Positions 45,827-56,085 of a DNA stretch of 64,000 nucleotides are shown piece after piece. The position numbers and the translations under genes are program-made. Each line of letters starts with the position of its first letter. Position 1 is the stretch's first letter. The stretch lies in assembly GCA_016764775.1 (NCBI GenBank), contig JAESRE010000014.1:21771-85770 (forward strand). The letters are read 5' to 3'. The DNA is from Alphaproteobacteria bacterium (lineage in GTDB: Bacteria > Pseudomonadota > Alphaproteobacteria > Micavibrionales > Micavibrionaceae). The notes beneath the pieces are model-generated. The model ran no database searches. It worked only from the letters and a program-made list of their open reading frames with translations, and was not told the origin of the DNA.

Positions 45827-46378
45827 TTATTTATAACGACTAAGGCCCTGTTCGATCGCCGAGCAGGCCGTAGCTTTGTCCAGACATTGAACAGCACCGA
45901 CGAGTAGCTGATACTGCGACTGGTCGGGAAGCATGCCCGTCGCCTTCACCGTATCAACAACATGATTCACACATTCGACATAGGCGCTGCGCATAGCATT
46001 CGCAGGATATTCCCCTTTTGTCGCAGCCGTAGACGCCGCACATTTTTGCTTAACCATTTCGCCTTGCTGCTTCTTACCGGCTTCATCCAGAGCAGCGATA
46101 TAATTCGAAGCCATCACCAGATTGTTTTCCGACACAGCCTTCAAGCAGGGTTGTTGCTCCCATTTACCGCTGACACATGCCTGAGCGATACGTTGCGCAA
46201 AGCTCGTAGCTGTCGAACTTGGCTGGCTTTCTGTTGGCTGCGCCTGCTGCTTTTTCTTCTTCACGTAGGCGGCATCAACATGGCTGCTCGTTGCCAACAC
46301 GCCAACCATGGCAAAAACTGATAATGCTAATAATGAAATTCTGGATAAGGTCACAATTTTCTCCTGCTTTTCGGGCAT
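45827..46378 (-). CDS. secreted hypothetical protein (start uncertain)
   Basis: Start placed at MPEKQEKIVTLSRISLLALSVFAMVGVLA (signal/anchor). Several Cys residues in the mature part. Confidence 0.4.
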   Translation of the reverse strand: MPEKQEKIVTLSRISLLALSVFAMVGVLATSSHVDAAYVKKKKQQAQPTESQPSSTATSFAQRIAQACVSGKWEQQPCLKAVSENNLVMASNYIAALDEAGKKQQGEMVKQKCAASTAATKGEYPANAMRSAYVECVNHVVDTVKATGMLPDQSQYQLLVGAVQCLDKATACSAIEQGLSRYK

Positions 46379-46501
46379 TGTGCACCCTTCGTAATTCACA
46401 TGCAAGTTATGTCCGAACGCCGCCCTGAGCGCGATATATATTAGAAAAGTTGACATTTACCATAAGAGTATGCAAAAAACGCTGATCTGGAGATTACTAT
46501 T

Positions 46502-47557
46502 GTGAACAACCGCTTACTCAGATCATTTACCGATTTTGCCGCAGGCTGGCGCAGTCCCAAGGACCCGACGCCTGAAGAGCTTGCGCGTGTACGCGAAGAA
46601 ATCCGTGCGCACCGCGAGGCGTTGACGCAACTTGAAACCCGTGAAACCGAAATAAGCGACTATTTGCGTGACTCTGTTCAGTTTGAACAGGTGCTGCCCG
46701 GTAAAGAATATGCGGAGATTCACAAACAGCTTCTGGGCAATGAACGCGTTCACCCGCTGGATTCCGTTGAAGAGCTGGTTGAAATGCGTATTGGCGGTAC
46801 GGATGATAACAAGCGTTGCTTCGCCCGCATCACCCCCGGTAAGAAACCGAAGCTGACCGCCGGTATTTACACAGCCCTTGTCGACATTACCCCGGAAGAA
46901 GGCAGCCCGCTGACGTACCGTGACATTCCGGGTGACATCGACGCCATTAAAGACATGCCCGTTGAACCGTTTGCGGTTGAAGGCGAAAACAGAACCGTTG
47001 CGGTCATTTTGTATACGATTTCCGGTAATCAGGACCAGACATGGGACAGAGGCGGCCGTCCATTGGCCGAGGCCCTGCACGGTTACCTTAACGGTCAGGC
47101 ACAACAACAAGGGTTTAATCTGGTCATATCTACACTGTCACCGCTCAGAGACTTCGGACCATGGTTGGCTCAACAAAAAGGATATGAAGGCGTCGTCAAT
47201 GACGAAGGCCTGTTGGATCCCGACTTTGCCGCTTATTTGCAGGACGGTGAGTCACATGACCAGCTCCGCCGTATGGCACTACAGTATCTTTTGACAGAAA
47301 GAGACGGCGTGATGAATTTTCACCTTGGTAACGGTGCGTATGTCGGTGACATCAAGTTCAATCCGGACAACGGTCAGGACTGGATCATGGCTAACTACGT
47401 GTATCCGAATGATGTTGACCAACTGACACAACAGAAACAGTTCTACAAAACATCAAACCTGAGAATTCTGGCACCGCACTTACAGCAAATCCTTGGCTAT
47501 GAAGCCGAGCTACAGCAAAAAGCAACCGTTCTGCCGCGCGCCGCTATCAGTGCTTAG
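46502..47557 (+). CDS. malonyl-CoA decarboxylase-like protein (tentative)
   Basis: 351 aa with a GTG start. AVILYTISGNQ..ISTLSPLRDFGPWL and NFHLGNGAYVGDI..IMANYVY resemble the MCD catalytic domain. Confidence 0.45.
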   Translation: MNNRLLRSFTDFAAGWRSPKDPTPEELARVREEIRAHREALTQLETRETEISDYLRDSVQFEQVLPGKEYAEIHKQLLGNERVHPLDSVEELVEMRIGGTDDNKRCFARITPGKKPKLTAGIYTALVDITPEEGSPLTYRDIPGDIDAIKDMPVEPFAVEGENRTVAVILYTISGNQDQTWDRGGRPLAEALHGYLNGQAQQQGFNLVISTLSPLRDFGPWLAQQKGYEGVVNDEGLLDPDFAAYLQDGESHDQLRRMALQYLLTERDGVMNFHLGNGAYVGDIKFNPDNGQDWIMANYVYPNDVDQLTQQKQFYKTSNLRILAPHLQQILGYEAELQQKATVLPRAAISA

Positions 47558-48333
47558 AAATGGTAGTAGGTTCTGCCGCTTTGTGCGGTAAGGACGTTTG
47601 ACGGCTCCGCGTCATAAACTTCAACTAACAGACTTTCCTGCAACGCCTGCTCGCTTATCCGATGTGCGCCGAGCATGCGGCCTCCTTTGAGCAGAACAGC
47701 ATGATCCGCAATTTCACAGGACACATTGATGTCATGCATAACGGCAAGGATGCTCAGCCCCTTGCTGCGAAGTTCATCGATAAGACCCAACACCATTCTT
47801 TGGTGCTTAACATCCAAAGCAGACGTCGGCTCATCCAGAAACAGATATTTGCCGCTCAAATCATCGCTCATGAAATCCAGTTGGGACAATACACGCGCCA
47901 GTTGGACGCGTTGCTTCTCACCGCCGGAGAGGGTCGAGTATATTCTGTCTTTCAGCTCGTAAGCGCCCAGTCTTTCCAGGGCTGCGTGTGCAACATCGAC
48001 ATCGTAGGGTTTTTCATTCGTTACAATGAACGGTGCGCGCCCCATCATCACAATATCCATAGCACGGAACGGGAAGCCGACATTCAGGCTCTGCCCCAGC
48101 ACGGCGCGTTTTTGCGCGAGTTGACGGATATTGCACTGAGACAGGTCCTGCCCTTCAAATTCTATAACGCCCTCATCGACAGCAATGCCACCGGACAGGC
48201 ACTGCAACAATGTCGATTTACCCGCACCGTTCTGGCCCAGAATACAGGTGACGCCTCTTGAAAGACTGCAGCTAATGTCCTGCAGGATCGGCTTGTCGTC
48301 AAAACTAACGGAAATGTTTTTGGCTTCGATCAT
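47554..48333 (-). CDS. heme/iron-siderophore ABC transporter ATP-binding protein (HmuV/FecE-like)
   Basis: 259 aa with Walker A GQNGAGKST, signature LSGGEKQR, Walker B LFLDEPTSALD and H-loop MHD. Confidence 0.8.
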   Translation of the reverse strand: MIEAKNISVSFDDKPILQDISCSLSRGVTCILGQNGAGKSTLLQCLSGGIAVDEGVIEFEGQDLSQCNIRQLAQKRAVLGQSLNVGFPFRAMDIVMMGRAPFIVTNEKPYDVDVAHAALERLGAYELKDRIYSTLSGGEKQRVQLARVLSQLDFMSDDLSGKYLFLDEPTSALDVKHQRMVLGLIDELRSKGLSILAVMHDINVSCEIADHAVLLKGGRMLGAHRISEQALQESLLVEVYDAEPSNVLTAQSGRTYYHF

Positions 48334-48767
48334 ATTGTGAAGCCTTTCTTGTACTGGCGAACCAAAAGCCAGAGGAAATACGGACCACCGATTAGCGCCG
48401 TCAGAATACCGACAGGCATTTCAGCAGGTGCAACAATCGTGCGGGCGGTGGTGTCAGCAATGATCAGCAAAGCCGCACCAAGCAGAGCAGAAAGCGGTAG
48501 CAACGCACGGTGGTCAGGGCCTATAGACAAGCGAATAAGATGCGGAATAACGAGACCGACAAAGCCGATGACGCCACTAACCGCGACACAGACGCCGACG
48601 CATAAGGCAATCGCGACAATGGTGATGTTCTTTGTACGCTCTGGATCGGTGCCGGAGTACAGGCTTTGCTCTTCGCCGAGTTGCAACAGGTTGAGGGCTT
48701 GCGATTGCTTGTAAATAACGAGAGCAGACGGAATAACAACTAACGCCGCGATAATCACAGACGGCCA
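48330..48767 (-). pseudogene. 5'-truncated FecCD/HmuU-family ABC permease gene (C-terminal about 145 codons only)
   Basis: The frame stays open up to the IS3 end at 48768. LQLGEEQSLYSG..GVIGFVGLVIPHLIRL..EMPVGILTALIGGPYFLWLL is the last third of a roughly 330-aa permease. Confidence 0.7.
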
Positions 48768-48840
48768 CTGTACGTCGTCAGAGTATTTTGGACACAGGGC
48801 GTAAGAATATAAGGTGTGCTTCTGGCTCCTTTGTTTGATT

Positions 48841-49815
48841 TTAGGCAGCTTTTTTCTGCCGGTACAGTTCTTTTCGTAAACGCAGTGTTTGTGTCTTGAT
48901 TTTGCGGCGCTGTTCGAGAATGTCTTTTCCTCTCCCCAGCCACATATCTTCGGGCGTTAAATTGTTCAGGCTCTCATGATATCTCCTTGTGTTGTAATGA
49001 TTGATAAATTCCCCGATCCGGCTCTCAAGCTCTGAGGGAAGGTAATAATGCTCCAGCAGGATACGGTCCTTCATCGTGCGATGCCATCGCTCGATCTTAC
49101 CTTGGGTCATCGGATGATACGGCTTGCCACGCGTATGATCCATGCCGTGATCGTCGAGCCAGCCTTTAAGTTCGGATGAGACGTAACACGGACCATTATC
49201 GCTTAAGAGGCGCGGCCTTTGTTTGCGTGATAACCCGGCAACCTTCAACGCATCGGCCAATGTCGCACTCACATCACTGGCCGCCATGCCGGTGCATAGC
49301 CGCCAGGTGATGATATAACGGCTGTAATCATCCATGATGGTGGACAGGTAATACCAGCCCCAGCCTGTGACCTTCAGATAGGTGAAGTCGGTTTGCCAGA
49401 GCTGGTTAATGGCTGTCGTTGGCTTGTCGAACTTGTCTTTCGCCTTCATCACAATCCACGCCGGAGAGGTCAACAGATTTTGTTCTTTCAGGATGCGGTA
49501 GGCTGTAGCTTCAGAGACGAAGTACCCGCGCTCTTCGGTAAAGCGTACCGCCAGCTCCCTGGGCGATAGCTCCGGCTCATCCAGGGCCAGATCAACAAGC
49601 GCTTTACGCTGCGTATCCGGTACCTTGTTCCATACAGCAGCCGGACGGGGTTTCTGATCTTGAAGAGCATCATAACCACCTGACAGATACCGATCATACC
49701 AGTTATAAAAGGTTGAGCGCGATATGCCGAGTTTCTCGCACGTTCTGCGAATGCCCAGGGCACTGTCTTCTACAGTGCGGATAATCTCGTATTTACTGGC
49801 CGCTGAATATCTCAT
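48841..49815 (-). CDS. IS3-family transposase OrfB (DDE integrase-like catalytic domain)
   Basis: 324 aa with WQTDFTYL, LSDNGPCYVS and a conserved E in the rve domain. It lies in the -1 frame relative to orfA. Confidence 0.9.
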   Translation of the reverse strand: MRYSAASKYEIIRTVEDSALGIRRTCEKLGISRSTFYNWYDRYLSGGYDALQDQKPRPAAVWNKVPDTQRKALVDLALDEPELSPRELAVRFTEERGYFVSEATAYRILKEQNLLTSPAWIVMKAKDKFDKPTTAINQLWQTDFTYLKVTGWGWYYLSTIMDDYSRYIITWRLCTGMAASDVSATLADALKVAGLSRKQRPRLLSDNGPCYVSSELKGWLDDHGMDHTRGKPYHPMTQGKIERWHRTMKDRILLEHYYLPSELESRIGEFINHYNTRRYHESLNNLTPEDMWLGRGKDILEQRRKIKTQTLRLRKELYRQKKAA

Positions 49816-50183
49816 ATACCGTCCTCCCCATCCGCTGACCCGCTTTTTTTAAGCAAACGGTGCTCGAGGATCTCTTCAGCCAAAGCTTCTTTGAGCTCTG
49901 CGTTTTGTTTGCGCAGTTCCTTCACCTCACTCGTGCTGGCTTCACGCATCGTGTCGCCTTCAAGGCGCTTCTTGCCGGCCTCTAAAAACTCGCGGCTCCA
50001 ACGATAGTATAAATTCTGGTGAATACCTTCACGGCGGCACAGCTCGGCAATGCTCTCCTCGCCGCGCAATCCGGCCAGAACAATCCGTATCTTCTCTTCG
50101 CTGTTGAATTTGCGGCGGGTCTGGCGCTTGATGTTACGGACAACCTTATCGGCTGTTTCTTTGGAGTTTTGTTTTTTGCTCAT
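49812..50183 (-). CDS. IS3-family transposase OrfA (HTH, leucine zipper)
   Basis: 123 aa. FNSEEKIRIVLAGLRGEESIAELCRREGIHQNLYYRWSREFLEAGKKRL is the typical IS3 OrfA. Confidence 0.85.
   Translation of the reverse strand: MSKKQNSKETADKVVRNIKRQTRRKFNSEEKIRIVLAGLRGEESIAELCRREGIHQNLYYRWSREFLEAGKKRLEGDTMREASTSEVKELRKQNAELKEALAEEILEHRLLKKSGSADGEDGI
49844..49850 (-). other. programmed -1 ribosomal frameshift slippery site (A7, read as A AAA AAG)
   Basis: The minus strand reads CTT AAA AAA AGC. In the -1 frame, AAG CGG GTC AGC GGA TGG.. runs open into orfB, giving an OrfAB fusion. Confidence 0.7.
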
Positions 50184-50224
50184 CTTCGATCCTTTCAGTC
50201 TCTCGATAAGCCAAAAACATCACC

Positions 50225-53200
50225 TTAACAATGACGCTCTATCTGTCCAACTTGTGCTGACGGGGTACAGTGCGCCGCCTGCACCCATTCCTGAGACTCT
50301 CCGTCTACACAGTTGTCTTTCAGAATATTCAGGCTTTCCTGACTCTGACGCAGGAACACGTCCACGAAGTCTTTTATCTCTTCCGGTGTTTCCGCGTATT
50401 CATTCAGCAAGGTTAAGTCTACGGGTTTATCCGCACTCTTTTCCTGCGCTTTCTTCTTTTCGGCTTTCTGCCTTTTTGCGCCGGATTCGTCCGAAAAAAT
50501 TACCCATTGCGCGAGAATTTCATATAGCTCATTCGCATCGATCGGTTTGCTGAGATAATCATTCATGCCCGCTTCCAAGCATCTTTCCTTGGTCCCGATC
50601 ATCGCATCGGCTGTCAACGCAACGATCGGTATGGAGCCCGCGTTATCCTTGTCACTCCTGCGAATTTCACGCGTCGCTTCATACCCGCTTTTCTTGGGCA
50701 TGTGGCAATCCATGAGAATGATATCCGCATTACCATCCTTGAACTGCTCACATGCCAGCTCGCCGTTTTCGACGATTTCAACATTCTCCAAGCCCATGCG
50801 ACGAAGAAGACGGGATATAAAGTCTTGGTTCAACTGGTGGTCTTCTGCGACCAGTATTCTGGCTTTATCGGCAGGCAGATACGCTCCGCTCTTGTCTCTT
50901 TCCTCGATACCGGCATTTTCAGCCGCTGCGGCAATCATTTTTTCATCTGCAATTTTCAGCGGTATCCTGAACCAGAAAGTAGAGCCCTCTCCTTCTTTGC
51001 TTCGCACCCCTATGGTGCCGTCCATCATTTCAACCAGATCTTTGGTAATGGCGAGGCCTAAACCTGTGCCGCCGTATTTTCTGGTTGTTGATACGTCTGC
51101 CTGTGCAAACTTTTCGAATATTGCTTCGAGTTTGTCTTCGGGAATACCGATACCCGTGTCCGTAACTTCGCAGTAGACCTCTATATGTGTTTCATCCAGT
51201 TGTTCGGTTTTTACTTTTACCTGCACGCCGTCTTCGTCATAGCGCAACGTTTTATCATCTTTGGTCTTTGCAGACTTTTCATTTCTGATATTGACGTCGA
51301 TGTTACCGCTATCGGTGTATTTGATAGCATTGGAGATCAAATTCGTCAGGATGCGGCTGACACGTAAAGGGTCACCAACAACATAGTGAAGCTGATCGTC
51401 ACTAAAGTTAGACCGTAACGATATTCCCTTTTGGCTCGCTATCGGAGCCATTGCGTCAATAATGTTTGAAACAACATCATGGAAATTAAATGTAATTTCT
51501 TCCAGAACGATGTTGCCGGATTCAATTTTGGAAAGGTCGAGAACATCGTTCACGATATCCAGCAGGTTCTCGGCAGACTTATGGACATTTCCAACCATGA
51601 CCCTGTCGTCATTCTGAAACTTCGCATCGTCCAACAACATTTGTGTCAGCCCGATAATACTGTTTAACGGCGTGCGCAGTTCATGCGACATATTGGCCAA
51701 AAATTCGCTTTTCGCCATATTGGCCCTTTCAGCCTCAGCATGGGCAGCCTCCATTACATGTACACCTGCTTTAAGCTGATCGTTCAACCGTTCGGCCTTG
51801 TTCTTTTCGTTCATAAGGTCGGCTGTTTTTTCCAGCACCATTTTCTGAAGGTTTTCGCGGTGCCCCTCCAGTTCTTTGCGGGATTTGTCTATCGCATTGG
51901 CAATAAAGAATCGTGCGTAAAGCAATGTCAGCAAGAACACTACAGCGCCCATAAGCAAAATTACGCGTGACTGCCAAACCAACATGGCCTCATGCTTATC
52001 CAACTGATCCTGAAGCTGTTGCAAAAGCTCATTCTGACTTTCAGTGACTTTGAACAGTTGCCCCTCAAACTCTTCATACTCGGGGTAATCGGTAAGCGTT
52101 TTGACGTCAGACTTCAGTATCTCGGCCGCCTGTGCCTTCAATTCCTCCCATTCGGCCCTGACCTTTAAAGCAACTTCTCTTGTTTGCCGGTCCTGTATCG
52201 GCGCGACAACCTTGCGAAAATCACCTTCGGTCGTGATGATCACTTCGCCGCCCTTCAGAAGCCCGTCGAAAATATCCTCGATATGAGCGGAATCGTCCCT
52301 GAACCCTTTATTGTGTTCAATAACTTCGTTCCAGTTACCGACCGCTTGCGAGGACAGGATAATCGATGTTCGCACAACATACTGCACCGTCAGGGTCTGC
52401 TGTGTACTGGTCGCCGTCAGAAGGTGATGACCGTTTTCTTCCCGTTGTATGGAGTTGCTGAGAAAAATATATGATCCCACCATGAGCACCAGAAAAATGC
52501 CCAACAGGCCCGAAAGGTGTAAAAACGCGGCATTGCCTGTGTAAACGCCTTCTTCCCTATTGGTCGTTTCACTCCTATCGAAGCTCAGCACGAGGGCCAG
52601 CGCAAAAACCAGACTGCTGACAATCGCGACAAACAAAGCCAGCGTGTCGAAACGTTGATTAGGGTCATAACGGCAATCGGCCCACGGAATGAACACCGAT
52701 GCCTCAATGCCCGTGTAATGCATCCCGCAAATTCCGGCGCCCATAATCAACGCGGCTACGATTTGTAACGGTAATTTCCAGCGTCCTGTGTGTCGTGCAA
52801 TTTTAAAGATAATCCAGAGGGCGGCGGCAGACGCCGTTACAGCGATCACAAAAGACAGGAAAAACAAGGACGGGATGTACCGCAAATCCCCATCCATTTG
52901 CATTGCGGCCATTCCGGTATAATGCATGGCGCATATGGCTGTGCCGAGTAAAACCGCTCCGGCAGCAAGCCATATAAAATTGAGCTTTTGCGATCGCAAA
53001 ATCAGCAAGACGCCATATGCAATCGCAACAGCGATGACCATAGATAAAAATGTAAGAAAAGCATCGTAGGAAAGTGCCATGTCCATTTTGTAGGCAAGCA
53101 TACCGATAAAATGCATGGACCAGATTCCTGCACCGAAAGCTAAGGCACCACCGAGGTGAAGTGTTTCCCTTAGCTTCTTAGATGTGGCGGCATGAATGTT

Positions 53201-53353
53201 GGTTGCGAGACGGACACCGGTGAAGGAGCCCAGCGAGGCTATCACATATGACAACAGCACGAGATAAGGGATGTAATACCCTTTTTCTGCGTAAGGGGGC
53301 ACTGCCCCAAACAAAAAGAAATGTTCCAACAATGATTGCGGTTCTGGCAACAT
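50225..53353 (-). CDS. MHYT-domain hybrid sensor histidine kinase / receiver, C-terminal Hpt domain disrupted by the IS3 element
   Basis: Three MHYT motifs ([33 protein letters not shown]). H-box [12 protein letters not shown]; [21 protein letters not shown]; receiver [12 protein letters not shown]. The Hpt region ends at ..EWVQAAH, and the last 15 codons (50225-50269) are IS-derived. Confidence 0.8.
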   Translation of the reverse strand: MLPEPQSLLEHFFLFGAVPPYAEKGYYIPYLVLLSYVIASLGSFTGVRLATNIHAATSKKLRETLHLGGALAFGAGIWSMHFIGMLAYKMDMALSYDAFLTFLSMVIAVAIAYGVLLILRSQKLNFIWLAAGAVLLGTAICAMHYTGMAAMQMDGDLRYIPSLFFLSFVIAVTASAAALWIIFKIARHTGRWKLPLQIVAALIMGAGICGMHYTGIEASVFIPWADCRYDPNQRFDTLALFVAIVSSLVFALALVLSFDRSETTNREEGVYTGNAAFLHLSGLLGIFLVLMVGSYIFLSNSIQREENGHHLLTATSTQQTLTVQYVVRTSIILSSQAVGNWNEVIEHNKGFRDDSAHIEDIFDGLLKGGEVIITTEGDFRKVVAPIQDRQTREVALKVRAEWEELKAQAAEILKSDVKTLTDYPEYEEFEGQLFKVTESQNELLQQLQDQLDKHEAMLVWQSRVILLMGAVVFLLTLLYARFFIANAIDKSRKELEGHRENLQKMVLEKTADLMNEKNKAERLNDQLKAGVHVMEAAHAEAERANMAKSEFLANMSHELRTPLNSIIGLTQMLLDDAKFQNDDRVMVGNVHKSAENLLDIVNDVLDLSKIESGNIVLEEITFNFHDVVSNIIDAMAPIASQKGISLRSNFSDDQLHYVVGDPLRVSRILTNLISNAIKYTDSGNIDVNIRNEKSAKTKDDKTLRYDEDGVQVKVKTEQLDETHIEVYCEVTDTGIGIPEDKLEAIFEKFAQADVSTTRKYGGTGLGLAITKDLVEMMDGTIGVRSKEGEGSTFWFRIPLKIADEKMIAAAAENAGIEERDKSGAYLPADKARILVAEDHQLNQDFISRLLRRMGLENVEIVENGELACEQFKDGNADIILMDCHMPKKSGYEATREIRRSDKDNAGSIPIVALTADAMIGTKERCLEAGMNDYLSKPIDANELYEILAQWVIFSDESGAKRQKAEKKKAQEKSADKPVDLTLLNEYAETPEEIKDFVDVFLRQSQESLNILKDNCVDGESQEWVQAAHCTPSAQVGQIERHC

Positions 53354-53778
53354 AAGCTCTACTTTACGTTCATAAAGTTAGCACCGACAGCCATTTTTAT
53401 ATTTTTCTCTCAGGCTGACGTCGACGCTTGAAGTTTTTTCGCAAAAACGTCTGTAAGCATTGCTTTCCCACAGGGCCTTCACGCACCTACAGGAAATTGA
53501 AAAAACAATAAAGGAGGATAAAATGTTGCTAAAGCTCTCGAAATTAGCGTCTTTTATTTCTCCATCCGAATACTGGTGATTATTCGCTCACCTTCAATTA
53601 TTATTTTACCGCGAGAGCCGTTAACAACCCCTTATAAAACATGCGTTTACATCACTAAAATTTACATAAAATTTTAACCTCTTTAGGATACCCTAATATA
53701 AGAGCATATAAGAACTCGAAACGCATAATAACGCCGCAAAAAAACAATAAGCTCGGCACCAGTGAAGGAGAAGCAGTC

Positions 53779-54153
53779 ATGAAGATTCTGGCAGTCGACG
53801 ACGACGAGCTCATGCTCAAATTTATCAACACAGCCTTAAATTCAGAAAATCACGAAGTTCAAAACGCCAGCAGCGTTGATGAAGCGCTGATGATGCTACA
53901 GAACAACAGTTATGACCTTGTCATTACCGATATCGTCATGCCCGGTTATGACGGTACTACTTTGATGCAGTATATCCGTGAAGGTGAGCAGCATATCCCC
54001 ATCCTCGCCATAACAGCAGGCGTTGAAAACGCTGTTTCCGATTATAAGTATTACGCAGACTTCTTTTCCGATGAAACATTAACCAAGCCCTTCAAGAAAG
54101 ATGATTTGCTCAACAGCGTTAAAAAACTGACGGCGGTAGAAGCCGCCCACTAG
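53779..54153 (+). CDS. single-domain response regulator
   Basis: 124 aa with AVDDDE, VITDIVMPGYDG and TKP. RBS is gaaggag. Confidence 0.85.
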   Translation: MKILAVDDDELMLKFINTALNSENHEVQNASSVDEALMMLQNNSYDLVITDIVMPGYDGTTLMQYIREGEQHIPILAITAGVENAVSDYKYYADFFSDETLTKPFKKDDLLNSVKKLTAVEAAH

Positions 54154-54241
54154 CAGTTCCCACCTTCGTTTCAAGATTCCACGATTGTAATATTCGTCGA
54201 ATTCATGCAAGGTGTTGCCCTTACACACAGGGCAGAGACAT

Positions 54242-55441
54242 ATGAACATTCGTGATGAAATACTCAGTGCACATGGCGAAATGATCGAGTGGCGCCATGA
54301 ATTGCACAAAAATCCTCAGACGGCTTTTGAGGAAACTTTTGCAGCAAATTTTATTCAAGAAAAACTCACCGAATTCGGAATCCCCTTTAAAACAGGCTAC
54401 GGCAAGACAGGCATTGTCGCGAAGATCGAAGGTAAAACCAACACATCCGGTAAGTCTGTTGCATTCCGCGCAGACACAGACGCGTTGGATATCAATGAAG
54501 AATCCGGCAAAACCTGGAGGTCAAAGACGGACGGCAAGATGCATGGATGCGGCCATGACGGGCATATGACGATGTTGTTGGGGGCGGCGCGACACTTGCA
54601 AAACAACCCCGAATTTGACGGCACTCTGAACCTGATTTTCCAACCCGCAGAAGAAACGCTGCAAGGTGCCCGCGCAATGATCAAAGACGGCCTGTTCAAA
54701 GATTTTCCATCCGATGAAATATACGGCATGCATAACTGGCCGTGGGTAAACCGCGGAAAATTTGCAACATGCAACGGGACATTGATGGCCTCAGTTTCCA
54801 ACATCGAGGTCACCATAATCGGTAAAGCCGGCCATTCAGGCATGATCAATCATGCGAACGATCCTGTTATTATCGGCGCGGAAATCCTTACCTCCATGCA
54901 AACACTTATTTCACAGCGGACCAACCCATTTGACCCCGCCGTCATCTATTTCCCGATTTTTGAAACGGATGTGCAGGATACCGGGATTGTTCCGGAAAAG
55001 GCCGTTCTTAAAGGCATCATCCGTGCGCTGAATGCCGGTTTGAGGGCTGAACTCGAGCAACGTGCACGTGATTTATGTAATAATATCGCTGCAGCACACG
55101 GCGCAACCGCTTCGGTAGAAATCCATCAGGATGGCGATGAGGTTTACAACAGCAAAGCCCCGACTAAAAAAGCGTGTAGCGTCGCAACATCGATTGTAGG
55201 TGAAGGGCAGGTTGACGATCAGTACATGCCGACAATGTCGGGGGAAGACTTCGGTTCCTATGTCTGTGAAGTACCGGGAAACTTTATCTTTATCGGCCAA
55301 GGTGAGCCGGGCGACCCAAACAATTCATCGTCTTTTTCTCTACACTCTCCCTATTATGATTTTAATGACGAGATCATCCCGATCGGCGTCGAGTACTGGG
55401 TCCGTCTGGCTGAGACAACGATGCCTTTGGCTCAGAAATAA
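54242..55441 (+). CDS. M20D family amidohydrolase (hippurate hydrolase / N-acyl-amino acid deacylase-like)
   Basis: MHGCGHDGHMTMLLGAA, IFQPAEE and GEDF motifs. ATG start at 54242 preferred over the upstream GTG of the track. Confidence 0.8.
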   Translation: MNIRDEILSAHGEMIEWRHELHKNPQTAFEETFAANFIQEKLTEFGIPFKTGYGKTGIVAKIEGKTNTSGKSVAFRADTDALDINEESGKTWRSKTDGKMHGCGHDGHMTMLLGAARHLQNNPEFDGTLNLIFQPAEETLQGARAMIKDGLFKDFPSDEIYGMHNWPWVNRGKFATCNGTLMASVSNIEVTIIGKAGHSGMINHANDPVIIGAEILTSMQTLISQRTNPFDPAVIYFPIFETDVQDTGIVPEKAVLKGIIRALNAGLRAELEQRARDLCNNIAAAHGATASVEIHQDGDEVYNSKAPTKKACSVATSIVGEGQVDDQYMPTMSGEDFGSYVCEVPGNFIFIGQGEPGDPNNSSSFSLHSPYYDFNDEIIPIGVEYWVRLAETTMPLAQK

Positions 55442-55455
55442 GGGTGTCAGAGCGT

Positions 55456-55953
55456 ATGATGAAGCCTGACAAAATTGATTTCAAAATCATCGAGACGTTA
55501 CAACGTCACGGTCGCATGACAAACAAAGAGCTGGCCGAGCATGTCTCGCTATCACCCAGCGCTTGTCTGGAACGTCACAAGCGGCTCGAGCAGGAAGGAA
55601 TCCTGCACAGCTACGGTGCGCAGGTCGCGCTAGAAAAAATCACGCCCTACTCTGCCGTGCTTGTCGAAGTCACCTTGAAAAACCACCTGTCCGCAGACTT
55701 CCAGCGCTTTGAAAACGCGATCATCAAAATTCCTGAAATCGTTGAATGCTACGCTGTCGGCGGCGGCATTGATTACGTGCTGAAATTCGTTGCACGCAGC
55801 ATCGAGCATTACCAGCAGATGATGGAGCAGCTTTTAAACGATGATATCGGCATTGACCGATACTTTTCATACTTCATTACACAGCAAGTCAAAAAGACTC
55901 CCTACCCCGTTTCCCGTTTCGTTCAAGACACAAAAGCCACTGATTCCGAATAA
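55456..55953 (+). CDS. Lrp/AsnC family transcriptional regulator
   Basis: DFKIIETLQRHGRMTNKELAEHVSLSPSACLERHKRLEQEGIL HTH plus a RAM/AsnC_trans_reg domain. An alternative GTG start lies at 55444. Confidence 0.85.
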   Translation: MMKPDKIDFKIIETLQRHGRMTNKELAEHVSLSPSACLERHKRLEQEGILHSYGAQVALEKITPYSAVLVEVTLKNHLSADFQRFENAIIKIPEIVECYAVGGGIDYVLKFVARSIEHYQQMMEQLLNDDIGIDRYFSYFITQQVKKTPYPVSRFVQDTKATDSE

Positions 55954-56085
55954 TATTCGGCCAAAGCTTTTATTCTCCATATTTAATTCTGAAAATGGCC
56001 TTCAGTTCCGTGCCACCTTTGCCCGTTCGCGTGAGAGAATACTCATAACCATACAGACAACGTCATGCGAACAGATGAGGTCCCA

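Larger units (their letters stand above)
48768..50269 (-). mobile_element. IS3-family insertion sequence (1502 bp)
   Basis: Imperfect terminal inverted repeats TGTACgtcGTCAG..TTGGACA (48768 onward) and TGTACcccGTCAG..TTGGACA (complement of 50269 downward). orfA/orfB have a -1 frameshift layout. Confidence 0.8.

Noticed and set aside
48755-48943. 62-aa minus-strand ORF spanning the IS3 left end
   Set aside because: It runs from within the orfB 3' region across the IS terminus into the permease remnant. It is a chance frame with no RBS.
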